Origin: Maliponia aquimaris
Lineage (GTDB): Bacteria > Pseudomonadota > Alphaproteobacteria > Rhodobacterales > Rhodobacteraceae
DNA length: 64,000 nt
Assembly: GCF_900184945.1 (NCBI RefSeq)
Contig: NZ_FXYF01000009.1
Span: 94,174 to 158,173 of the forward strand
Direction: 5' to 3'
The notes beneath the pieces were generated by a model. That model saw nothing but the letters and a program-made list of their open reading frames with translations, had not been told where the DNA came from and made no database searches. Below, one piece after another: positions 1-7,735 of this stretch (its first letter is position 1; every line of letters begins with the position of its first letter). Made by a program: the position numbers and the translations under genes.

Positions 1-693
1 GTCGAGCGTCCAGTCGCCCTTGGCGTCGCGGCCGAAGAGTTGCATCGAGACCACCTGATCGACGATGCCCGGCAACTCGCGCCCGGCCTTGGTGCCCTCC
101 ATCTGCGGCTGCCAGGTCGCCGTGCCGAACTCGTCGGTCACCTTCTCGAGCACTCCGACGAAGATCACCGTCTTGCCGCGGGCGTGCTGCAGGTGCTTCA
201 GCGCCTGGATCACCTCGCGGCCCAGGAGCCCGTAGGCGCCGCGGACATCCGGCTTGCCGGTCCGCTCTGAGAAGGCCTCGGGCTGCTGGCGGGCATAGGC
301 CATGGCCTGCCGCGTCAGGTCGGTGATCGAGTCGACGAAGACGATCCGTTTCCGGGCGAGAAAGTCCTCGATGCCGGTGCCGAGATACTGCTGCTGCAGC
401 CAGGCGTGATACTCGGCGCCGTACCAGGACTTCGGATGCTGGGCCGGATCGTGCCCGCCGATCAGTACGGCGAGGTCGCGGAAATCGGTGAAGCTGCGCA
501 CCGGGATCGAGTCCCCGCGCCAGTCCTGCACCGACTTCATGCCGGCCTCGAGGTCGAGGCAGACCGTCTCCTCGGCGGGCAGCGTCTTCAGGAGCGTCGT
601 CTTGCCGACGCCGGGCGGGCCGAAGATGGCGAGGGACGTCTTGTTCTCGGCAGCCGAGAGCCGTTCGTCGGCGGTGATGATGCGGAAGGCCAT
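1..693 (-). CDS. Phage-type P-loop ATPase (AAA_24 / Sak4-like, RecA-fold), 5' end in window, C-terminus beyond window start
   Basis: Minus-strand ORF starting ATG 693..691 (RBS GGAG upstream), runs off window. N-term MAFRIITADE..SLAIFGPPGVGKTTLLKTLP..VCLDLEAG matches the Walker A layout of prophage AAA_24/Sak4 ATPases. Continues an operon with the two upstream minus-strand genes. Confidence 0.6.
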   Translation of the reverse strand, partial: MAFRIITADERLSAAENKTSLAIFGPPGVGKTTLLKTLPAEETVCLDLEAGMKSVQDWRGDSIPVRSFTDFRDLAVLIGGHDPAQHPKSWYGAEYHAWLQQQYLGTGIEDFLARKRIVFVDSITDLTRQAMAYARQQPEAFSERTGKPDVRGAYGLLGREVIQALKHLQHARGKTVIFVGVLEKVTDEFGTATWQPQMEGTKAGRELPGIVDQVVSMQLFGRDAKGDWTLD

Positions 694-797
694 GGGGTTC
701 TCCGGAAGTTGCGTTCAGGGTGCGCGGCGGCGGGGGTGACCGGGTGCCGAAGGGGAACCTGCCCGGCGTTGCCGACCGGGCGTCCCGCCGCCGCGCG

Positions 798-1319
798 TCA
801 CCGGTCTCGAGCCTCGAGCCGGAAGACAGGTTTGCCGGTGGTCTCGCTGCGCGCGTCCGCGAAGCCCTCGCGCATCGCCGCGGGCCAGGCGCCGAAGCGC
901 CGCTCGGGCACGCGGTAGGCGACCTCGAGATACTCGGTCGGATCGTCGCCGGCGGCGCGGATGCGCTCGGCCATCGCGGCGAGGCGGTCCTGATCCCAGG
1001 AGACCTTCTTCGGCAGGTCGGCGACGATGACGACGCCCTCGTCCTCGACCCGCACGGTGCCGCTGGTCTTGCCCTGCGCGGCCCGCTCGGCCGCGGCGGC
1101 GGCCTCGTAGCGCTGCGCGATGCCGGCCTCGAGCCGGTCCCGCAGCCGCTTCACGCGGGCGGTCTCGGCGAGCGCCGTCGTCTGCAGATCCAGCAGCATC
1201 TCAGGCGGCAGCGCCGCGATGTCGCCGAGGGCGAGACCTTCGAGATCAATGAGGCGGGGGGCATTGTCGGGGTGCGGCATGGCGGGGTCTCCGTTGGAAG
1301 GGAATGGCAAAGCCATCAC
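798..1319 (-). CDS. Hypothetical phage protein (coiled-coil N-terminal region)
   Basis: 173-aa ORF, codon usage typical, in the same minus-strand early operon between the Sak4-like ATPase and upstream genes. I recognise no family. Confidence 0.45.
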   Translation of the reverse strand: MMALPFPSNGDPAMPHPDNAPRLIDLEGLALGDIAALPPEMLLDLQTTALAETARVKRLRDRLEAGIAQRYEAAAAAERAAQGKTSGTVRVEDEGVVIVADLPKKVSWDQDRLAAMAERIRAAGDDPTEYLEVAYRVPERRFGAWPAAMREGFADARSETTGKPVFRLEARDR

Positions 1320-1669
1320 GCGGCGCGCTCTTCGAGGAGCAGCGCCGAGAGCGAGGCGTTGGCGGCTCTGGGTCTGGGCCGGGCGACGGCGATGTAGGCG
1401 AAGCGGTCGGGGCCCACGCGCTCCTGCACGAGGTGGACGAGGCCCTTCTCAAAGGCGCCCAGCGCGGCCTGACCGAGGTCGGCGAGCTGGCGGCGCTCGG
1501 GCTCCGGCAGGGTCGAGATCACCGGCGTGACGTCGATCCCGAGAAAGCCGCGGTGATACTCGATCCGGGCGCCAGCCTCGGCCTGTGCGATCCAGGCGTA
1601 GAGCTCGACATCGGTGAGCTTCGGCGTCGCCACGCGGGCGACGATCGGGGTTGCGGCGACCATCAGCAT
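1316..1669 (-). CDS. Hypothetical phage protein
   Basis: Start taken at internal MLMVAATP (ATG 1669..1667), which overlaps the stop of the AlpA-like gene (ATGCTGA). ATGA overlap with the downstream gene at 1316..1319. Confidence 0.4.
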   Translation of the reverse strand: MLMVAATPIVARVATPKLTDVELYAWIAQAEAGARIEYHRGFLGIDVTPVISTLPEPERRQLADLGQAALGAFEKGLVHLVQERVGPDRFAYIAVARPRPRAANASLSALLLEERAA

Positions 1670-1929
1670 ACCCGTGCGGCCCGCGCGGGGTCCGCGGTCA
1701 GCCGACGGGGCGAATGACCGACGCGCGCGACCGCCTCGCTGATTTTCAGGGCACGCTGCAGCTGGCTCTGCTCGAAGGCTTCGATATCGGCGAGCCGGTA
1801 GAGCACGCGTCCGCCGAGCTTGAGGAAGGCCGGTCCCTGGCCGTTGTAGCGCCAGCGTTCCAGCGTCCGGTGGGAGATCCCCCAGCGCCGGGCCAGCTCC
1901 TTCTGGTTCAGGCAATGCCTCTGCAGCAT
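1663..1929 (-). CDS. AlpA/Xis-family helix-turn-helix DNA-binding protein (excisionase or phage early regulator)
   Basis: MLQRHCLNQKELARRWGISHRTLERWRYNGQGPAFLKLGGRVLYRLADIEAFEQ is a textbook AlpA/MerR-type phage HTH. Start chosen at the second Met (1929). Confidence 0.7.
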   Translation of the reverse strand: MLQRHCLNQKELARRWGISHRTLERWRYNGQGPAFLKLGGRVLYRLADIEAFEQSQLQRALKISEAVARVGHSPRRLTADPARAARVC

Positions 1930-2131
1930 CGGTGTCTCCTCTCGTGTCGTCGTCGAGGAGACAGTGCGCAATTACGGTGTGGGATGTCGTGGGGACTGGC
2001 GGGGGATGCGGAGGGGGATCAGTCGGCCCTTGCGGGACAGGGTTCTGACCGCGGGTGGGGCACCATCATCCCCCACCATCCATCACCCATCCCCCTCCCG
2101 ATCCCACACGGATGGGGCGGAAGGGGATCGG

Positions 2132-2815
2132 TCAGTCGAGATTCAGACGGTAGCCGCCTCGGCGGTCGGACCGGATCAGCTGTCGCCAGTCCTTCTGCGA
2201 CTTGAAGACGTCGGCCATTCGCAGGCTCTTGGAGCCGGCGCGCGACAGGATCGCCTTGCCGTTCTGCCAGGGCGCGCCTGCCTGCACCGCCTCGTGCAGC
2301 GCGCGCACGACTTCCGCCTGGATCGGGCCCAGCTTGAACCGGCATCCGTTGCAGCGGACCTCGAAATAGTCGGCCGAGTGGATGAAGGTGGCTTCCTCCA
2401 TCGGCTGGCCGCCGGGCGAGAACCCGGTCTCGACCTCGAAACGGTCGCGTTCATCGCGCCTTAGCAGCAGGTCGCCGATCATGACGAGGACGGGCTGCGC
2501 ATCGCCCCAGGTCTCCGCGTAGTCGGCGCTCGGCGTCCGAAAACTCGCGAGATGAACCTCACCACACCGGAAGAGCTGGAACACATCGCGGGCGTGGAGA
2601 TCGAGCAGACCGCTATGGTAGCCTTGCTCCCATGGCACCTTGTATGGCTCGCCTCGATCGTCCTCCTCGATGTCGCCGAACTCCATGGGCGCGCCGAACA
2701 CGCGCACGGACAGACGCAGCTTGTCGTTCTCCGCGAGGTAGATCAGGTCGGCCTCGGTGATCTGCCACCGCTCAAGGATCTCGGGGAGCGTGAAGTACAA
2801 TTTGTCGATGTGCAT
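2132..2815 (-). CDS. Hypothetical phage early protein, divergent from the repressor (Cro/antirepressor position)
   Basis: 227-aa ORF; first gene of the leftward operon opposite the CI-like repressor. The N-terminal segment (LPEILERWQITEADLIYLAE) is HTH-like. No family assignment. Confidence 0.5.
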   Translation of the reverse strand: MHIDKLYFTLPEILERWQITEADLIYLAENDKLRLSVRVFGAPMEFGDIEEDDRGEPYKVPWEQGYHSGLLDLHARDVFQLFRCGEVHLASFRTPSADYAETWGDAQPVLVMIGDLLLRRDERDRFEVETGFSPGGQPMEEATFIHSADYFEVRCNGCRFKLGPIQAEVVRALHEAVQAGAPWQNGKAILSRAGSKSLRMADVFKSQKDWRQLIRSDRRGGYRLNLD

Positions 2816-2931
2816 TCACTGCCCTCCGCGCCGATTCCCGTGTAAGATGTTTACCTTCTGTTCTTATTCGCTTGACCGGCTTCGATCAATCCGATTTTAT
2901 CCTATTTCATCCACAGATGGGTGGGGATGAC

Positions 2932-3609
2932 ATGACCGAGCACCACACGCTTTCCGACCGCCTCAGAGCCCGGGCCAACCAGCTCGGCATCAGTCCCGCC
3001 CACGTCGCCGAGATGGCCGGCGTGAACCGTTCGTTCGTCTACGACATCCTCCGTGGCCGTTCAGCCCGCCCTGGTATAGACCGGCTGGCCGAGGTCGCCC
3101 GCGTGCTGAAGGTGGATCGCGACTGGCTGATCCATGGCATCGGCGAGGTGGAAGGGAAGCCCCCCTTCTTGGACAATCCTGACGACGCCTTTGTGGCCAT
3201 CGCCCACGCCACCCCGCGCCCGGCAATGGGCGGCGGCGCGGTCGTGACAGAGGACGGCGACACGCCCGGCCGCGTCTATCACTTCCGCCGCTCCTGGATC
3301 CGGAACAGCCTGAAGGCCAGCCCGTCGCAGCTGCGCATCATGCACGTCGAGGGCGACAGCATGGCGCCGACGCTCCTGAGCGGTGACGCGGTGCTGGTCG
3401 ACATGACCCGCCGCGCGCCCAACCCGCCCGGCATCTTCGTGCTGGACGACGGGATGGGGCTGGTCGCCAAGCGGCTCGAGCACATCCCCAACAGCGACCC
3501 GCCCGGGGTGCGCGTCATCTCCGACAACAAGCACTACCCCGAATACGAAAGAACGGCCGACGAGATCCACATCGTCGGCCGTATCCGCTGGTTCGCACGG
3601 GAGATTTAG
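2932..3609 (+). CDS. Phage CI/LexA-type repressor (XRE HTH + S24 peptidase domain)
   Basis: HTH region (LGISPAHVAEMAGVNRSFVYDILRGR) followed by the S24 signature VEGDSMAPTL with downstream VAKRL lysine region. Start ATG 2932 with RBS GGGGA; alternative ATGs at 2872 and 2917. Confidence 0.8.
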   Translation: MTEHHTLSDRLRARANQLGISPAHVAEMAGVNRSFVYDILRGRSARPGIDRLAEVARVLKVDRDWLIHGIGEVEGKPPFLDNPDDAFVAIAHATPRPAMGGGAVVTEDGDTPGRVYHFRRSWIRNSLKASPSQLRIMHVEGDSMAPTLLSGDAVLVDMTRRAPNPPGIFVLDDGMGLVAKRLEHIPNSDPPGVRVISDNKHYPEYERTADEIHIVGRIRWFAREI

Positions 3610-3611
3610 TA

Positions 3612-4958
3612 GTGGCGGCTGAAGAGGAGTTGGACGATCTTCTCGAGCTGGCGGGCTGCTGCTTTCGGGATGCCATGAGGGCCGTCGATATCGAGGCGTT
3701 CTTCTCCAGACGCGACATCCCACTTGCAGAAGGGACCAGCAAGAAGACGGTTGCCCAGAATACGCTCGCAAGCCTTTCGCGAGCAAAGGCGCTGGATCTG
3801 GTCCTCGAGTTTGCACGAGAACGGCGGAATATCGGCCTGCAGGACAGGGTTTACCTCCTGCAAGACAAGGACCAACCGGAGATCTCTGCGATCACTCGCG
3901 ACCGAGTGGCCGATCGCCTTGGTGCCGGGATCCATGGACAAGGCATTCGTCTGGGCGTGATCGAGGGGCTTTTCGATCTGAGTTCGCCTGCCGACTTCTT
4001 CGATAGCCCCACCAAGATCGAAGAGCTCCGACAACACGCGACTGGCGCGGCCCCGTTGTGGAACGCGAAGGATGTTTTCGAAGCCATCGGGGCAATAAAA
4101 TGTCCTTCGAGGAGGTTCGCGCAGCTGATCGAGACCGCTCTGGATCCTCGGTTTCGCGATGCCGACGAACAGACCATGCTGGCAGCGGACTTGACCCGCA
4201 TCCTGCAACTCGATGGCTACGAGGTTGCTCAGACAGGAGAGGTCTCGGGCCGCGCAACGTTCTCGGTACGCCCCATTCGCCGCGGCGTGGATGGGCGGCC
4301 GAAGAATCTGATCTTCGCGTCCAACGGACCAAAGCCGAGGCTCGGGTTCTCGGATGCGATCGACAACGAAGTCGTCGTGCTAGAGCATGCCGACAGCTGC
4401 CTCGTTTACGAGCGCCCCATCGGCAATGGATTGTCATGGCTCGACCTGGTCCGTTGGTGGATGGATCAGAGAGGGATCGCCGACCTCGCCGAAGCACGCA
4501 CCAGCCTCGGGCGGCGTCTACTTGCCTCGCTTGACGACGGCCCTGAGCAGGAGTTCTTCAAGGCGTACTTCCGCAATTTCGCTGAACGACTTGGAGACCG
4601 GCTGCCGGCGCTCATCCCGCAGGTCTACCTGCACTATGATCCGGAGATCGCGAGGCGTCTCCCTGACAAACGAATTCTGTTCCGGCAGCGCATGGACTTC
4701 CTGGTGCTGTTGCCGGGCCGACAGAGGGTCGTCCTCGAGATTGACGGCAAGCACCACTATGCGAAAGGCGAGCGCGCCGATCCCGGCCTGTACGCGGAAA
4801 TGGTTGCGGCTGATCGCAACCTTCGCCTTCGCGGCTACGAGGTGTTTCGGTTCGGGGGCTCGGAATTCTCTAACCCCAAGGGTTCGATGCAGGAATCTGT
4901 CGACAAGCTTGTGAAGTCATTCTTCGAGGAGCTGTTCGTCGTCCATCGCTTAGGATAG
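3612..4958 (+). CDS. Repressor-coupled two-domain protein: unknown N-terminal domain + C-terminal DUF559/Vsr-like PD-(D/E)xK nuclease-fold domain (candidate defence/exclusion protein)
   Basis: GTG start 2 nt after the repressor stop, with GGGAG RBS. C-terminal region (FRQRMDFLVLLPGRQRVVLEIDGKHHYAKGERADPGLYAEMVAADRNLRLRGYEVFRFGGSEF) has the DUF559 layout. N-terminal ~330 aa unassignable by eye. Confidence 0.6.
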   Translation: MAAEEELDDLLELAGCCFRDAMRAVDIEAFFSRRDIPLAEGTSKKTVAQNTLASLSRAKALDLVLEFARERRNIGLQDRVYLLQDKDQPEISAITRDRVADRLGAGIHGQGIRLGVIEGLFDLSSPADFFDSPTKIEELRQHATGAAPLWNAKDVFEAIGAIKCPSRRFAQLIETALDPRFRDADEQTMLAADLTRILQLDGYEVAQTGEVSGRATFSVRPIRRGVDGRPKNLIFASNGPKPRLGFSDAIDNEVVVLEHADSCLVYERPIGNGLSWLDLVRWWMDQRGIADLAEARTSLGRRLLASLDDGPEQEFFKAYFRNFAERLGDRLPALIPQVYLHYDPEIARRLPDKRILFRQRMDFLVLLPGRQRVVLEIDGKHHYAKGERADPGLYAEMVAADRNLRLRGYEVFRFGGSEFSNPKGSMQESVDKLVKSFFEELFVVHRLG

Positions 4959-5273
4959 CGCATCCCAAGAAGACCGCAGGCTTACGCAGAAGTCCCATAA
5001 GCATCTGAAAGTAATTGTTTTCGGGGCGCGCGCGGATAGCGTTTCTCCCATGCGAAACGCGCCGACATATCCGCGGCTGGGATCGAACCCGCTGCCACCC
5101 GACCAGATGACTCCTGCCGAGCGCCGCGCAGAGTTGTGCGACCTGCTGGCGCTGGGGCTGGTCCGGATGCGACTGCGCGAGCGCGGCGAACCTGCTGACG
5201 AAACTGGAGAAATTCTCCTACACTCTCCGGCCGACCAATGCCGTCATGCAACTCCAACTCACCGGAGAACCGC

Positions 5274-5726
5274 ATGACGACCCACGATCCAATTCCCGCG
5301 CGCCTGGCCGCGCTGAAGACCGCGACGACGCCGGAGCTGAAGGCGCAATGGCGCGACCTGTTCGACAGCGACCCGCCGCCGTTCAACCGCCGCTACCTCG
5401 AGAGCCGGCTGGCCTACCGCATCCAGGAACTGGCCTACGGTGGGCTGAAGCCCGAGACGATCCGGCGGCTGGAGCGGCTGGGCGAGGAACTCGACGGCGG
5501 CGACCGGAAGAAGAGCCGGATCCGCGCGGACGCCATGCCCATCGCCGGCACGCGGCTGATCCGCGAGTGGCAGGGCGTCGAACATGTCGTCACCGTCGCC
5601 GCCGACGGCTTTGAATGGCAGGGGCGGCCCTACAAGTCGCTGTCGGCCATTGCCCGCGCCATCACCGGCACGCGCTGGAACGGATGGGTGTTCTTTGGGC
5701 TGAAGAACCGGAGGGCGCGGACATGA
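5274..5726 (+). CDS. DUF2924 family protein (recombinase-associated)
   Basis: ATG 5274 with GGAGAA RBS; stop overlaps the serine recombinase start (ATGA). The motif set (WRDLF, RRYLESRLAYRIQELAYGGL, IREWQGVEHVVTV) is typical of DUF2924 proteins encoded immediately upstream of large serine recombinases. Confidence 0.6.
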   Translation: MTTHDPIPARLAALKTATTPELKAQWRDLFDSDPPPFNRRYLESRLAYRIQELAYGGLKPETIRRLERLGEELDGGDRKKSRIRADAMPIAGTRLIREWQGVEHVVTVAADGFEWQGRPYKSLSAIARAITGTRWNGWVFFGLKNRRART

Positions 5727-7048
5727 CGAAGGCCCCCTCGAAACCAGGAATGATCCGGAAACAGCGCTGCGCGATCTACACGCGCAAGTCGTCCGAGGAA
5801 GGGCTTGAGCAGGAGTTCAACTCGCTCCACGCCCAGCGCGAGGCCTGCGAAGCATTCATCGCCAGCCAGCGCTCCGAGGGCTGGGTGCAGGTCCGCGATC
5901 AATATGACGACGGCGGGATCTCGGGTGGGACTCTGGAACGGGCCGGCCTGAAGCGACTGCTGGAGGACATCGAGGACGGGCTCGTCGACGTGGTCGTCGT
6001 CTACAAGATCGACCGCCTTAGCCGCTCGCTGGCCGACTTCGCAAAGCTGGTGGAGGTGTTCGACCGTAACGGGGTGACGTTCGTCTCCGTCACCCAGTCG
6101 TTCAACACGACCACGTCGATGGGGCGGCTGACGCTGAACATTCTGCTCTCGTTCGCCCAGTTCGAACGCGAGGTGACGGCCGAGCGCATCCGCGACAAGG
6201 TCGCCGCCAGCCGGAAGAAGGGGATGTGGATGGGAGGCGTCCCGCCCTACGGCTACCGGGTCGAGAACCGGAAGCTGTTGGTCGACGAAGACATCGCCGC
6301 GCGTGTCCGCTGGATCTTCGCCCGCTTCCTCGAGATTGGGTCCTGCACGGAGCTGGCACGAGAGGTTGGCGCACGCGGCATCCGCACGCCGCGCGGGAAC
6401 AGGATCGACAAGAAATACATCTACCGGATGCTCAGCAACCGCGCCTACATCGGCGAGGCGGTCCACAAGGGCGAGAGCTATCCCGGCGAACACGACGCCA
6501 TCATCGACCGCGAGATGTGGGACCGAGTCCACGCCATCCTGCAGGAGAGCCCGCGCAAGCGCGCGGCCCGCACACGCGCCGACACGCCCGCGCTGCTGAA
6601 GGGCCTGTTGTACGGACCCGACGGCGCGGCGTTCTCGCCGACCCATACGCGTAAGGGCGACCGGCTGTACCGCTACTACGTCAGCCAGACGGTGCTGAAA
6701 CACGGCGCCGGGTCCTGCCCGGTCGGCCGCGTACCCGCGGGCGAGATCGAGGCCGCCGTCATCGACCAGCTGCGGGCGGTGTTTCGCCAGCCCGAGATCG
6801 TGGCGGGGACGTGGAAAGCAGCACGCGTCCACGTCGACGACATCACTGAGGCCGACGCCCGCGCGGCCCTGCAGCAGCTCGACCCGTTGTGGGACGAGCT
6901 GTTCCCTGCCGAGCAGGCGCGCATCGTTGCGCTGCTGGTCGAACGCGTCGACATCGGCACGGACGGGCTCAACGTGCGCCTGCGCGTCGATGGCCTCGGC
7001 AGCCTCGCGCGCGAGATGCTGGCCGGCGGAATCGAGGCTGCCGCATGA
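5723..7048 (+). CDS. Large serine recombinase (resolvase/invertase catalytic domain + recombinase domain + C-terminal extension)
   Basis: N-term CAIYTRKSSEEG (catalytic Ser region), VVVYKIDRLSRSL, GVTFVSVTQ, then recombinase-domain motifs (GGVPPYGY, YIYRMLSNRAYIGE). ~441 aa. Confidence 0.85.
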   Translation: MTKAPSKPGMIRKQRCAIYTRKSSEEGLEQEFNSLHAQREACEAFIASQRSEGWVQVRDQYDDGGISGGTLERAGLKRLLEDIEDGLVDVVVVYKIDRLSRSLADFAKLVEVFDRNGVTFVSVTQSFNTTTSMGRLTLNILLSFAQFEREVTAERIRDKVAASRKKGMWMGGVPPYGYRVENRKLLVDEDIAARVRWIFARFLEIGSCTELAREVGARGIRTPRGNRIDKKYIYRMLSNRAYIGEAVHKGESYPGEHDAIIDREMWDRVHAILQESPRKRAARTRADTPALLKGLLYGPDGAAFSPTHTRKGDRLYRYYVSQTVLKHGAGSCPVGRVPAGEIEAAVIDQLRAVFRQPEIVAGTWKAARVHVDDITEADARAALQQLDPLWDELFPAEQARIVALLVERVDIGTDGLNVRLRVDGLGSLAREMLAGGIEAAA

Positions 7049-7434
7049 CCCGAGGGACTCCAATCCCCGAGACCGTGACGCTCCATGTCCCGTTCCGTAT
7101 CGTGAAGCGCGGCGGGCGGAAGGAGATGCAACTGCCTTCGGGAGAGTCGGCCCCCCGTGCGCGTTTCGACAACACCATGATCAAAGCCATAGCGCGTGCA
7201 TTTCGATGGCAGCGGTTGCTCGACTCGGGCGAGTTCGCCACCATTGCCGACTTGGCAGCACACGAACGCATCGCAGCCCCTTACTTGACCCGGCTCCTGC
7301 GTCTCACCCAGCTTTCACCGGAGATTGTCGAGGCCATCCTTGAGGGAAGACAGCCGCCCGACCTGACGCTTGAGTCGCTGCGGGCGCAGTTTCCCATGGA
7401 TTGGAACAGTCAGCGCGCATTGCTGCGACTTTGA
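7045..7434 (+). CDS. Small recombinase-associated DNA-binding (HTH) protein
   Basis: Start overlaps the recombinase stop (ATGA). C-terminal TIADLAAHERIAAPYLTRLLRLTQLSPEIVEAILEGRQPPDLTLESL is an HTH-like segment of the kind that accompanies DUF2924/serine-recombinase modules. Confidence 0.5.
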   Translation: MTRGTPIPETVTLHVPFRIVKRGGRKEMQLPSGESAPRARFDNTMIKAIARAFRWQRLLDSGEFATIADLAAHERIAAPYLTRLLRLTQLSPEIVEAILEGRQPPDLTLESLRAQFPMDWNSQRALLRL

Positions 7435-7531
7435 ATTCCGCAAGCACTTGGTGAACACGCCTGACTCGATGGATGGCTTGTGCTTTTTAGCCAATTTGGC
7501 CAAAGTAAGCCATGCAAGAGCGGAGAGTCAG

Positions 7532-7735
7532 ATGCAGATCCTGACCGCGAAAGACGCGAAGTACGGCTTCGGGCGGCTGATTGATCTCGCCCGAGCCGAG
7601 CCTGTCGCGGTGGCGAAGCATGGACGCCCCGTTGTCGTCGTGCTGGCAGTCGAGGAATACGAGCGGCTGAAGGCGCTGGACAAGCCTGGCATCAGTCCGG
7701 GTGAACAAAACGCAGGAAAGAAAACGAGCGAATGA
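7532..7735 (+). CDS. Phd/YefM-family antitoxin-like protein (orphan; fused into the hsdM operon)
   Basis: MQILTAKDAKYGFGRLIDLARAEPVAVAKHGRPVVVVLAVEEYERLKAL fits the Phd/YefM pattern (M..I...E.........A..GPV.I...G.P..VLLS.EEY.RL). ATG 7532 with GGAGAG RBS; stop overlaps the hsdM ATG. No Doc/YoeB-like partner nearby. Confidence 0.6.
   Translation: MQILTAKDAKYGFGRLIDLARAEPVAVAKHGRPVVVVLAVEEYERLKALDKPGISPGEQNAGKKTSE

Noticed and set aside
406-1397. Plus-strand ORFs 406..918, 488..739, 720..1397 at the window start
   Set aside because: They overlap the minus-strand Sak4-like ATPase and phage genes, which have real motifs and RBSs. Their translations are low-complexity.
2872-2931. Longer N-terminus for the repressor (start at 2872 or 2917)
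   Set aside because: ATG 2932 has the best-placed purine-rich RBS, and the upstream residues (MTGFDQSDFILFHPQMGGDD) look non-native. Alternative starts cannot be excluded.
5630-7063. 477-aa minus-strand ORF antisense to the serine recombinase
   Set aside because: Shadow ORF typical of high-GC DNA. Low-complexity Arg/Ala/Gly-rich translation with no motifs. The sense strand encodes an unambiguous large serine recombinase.
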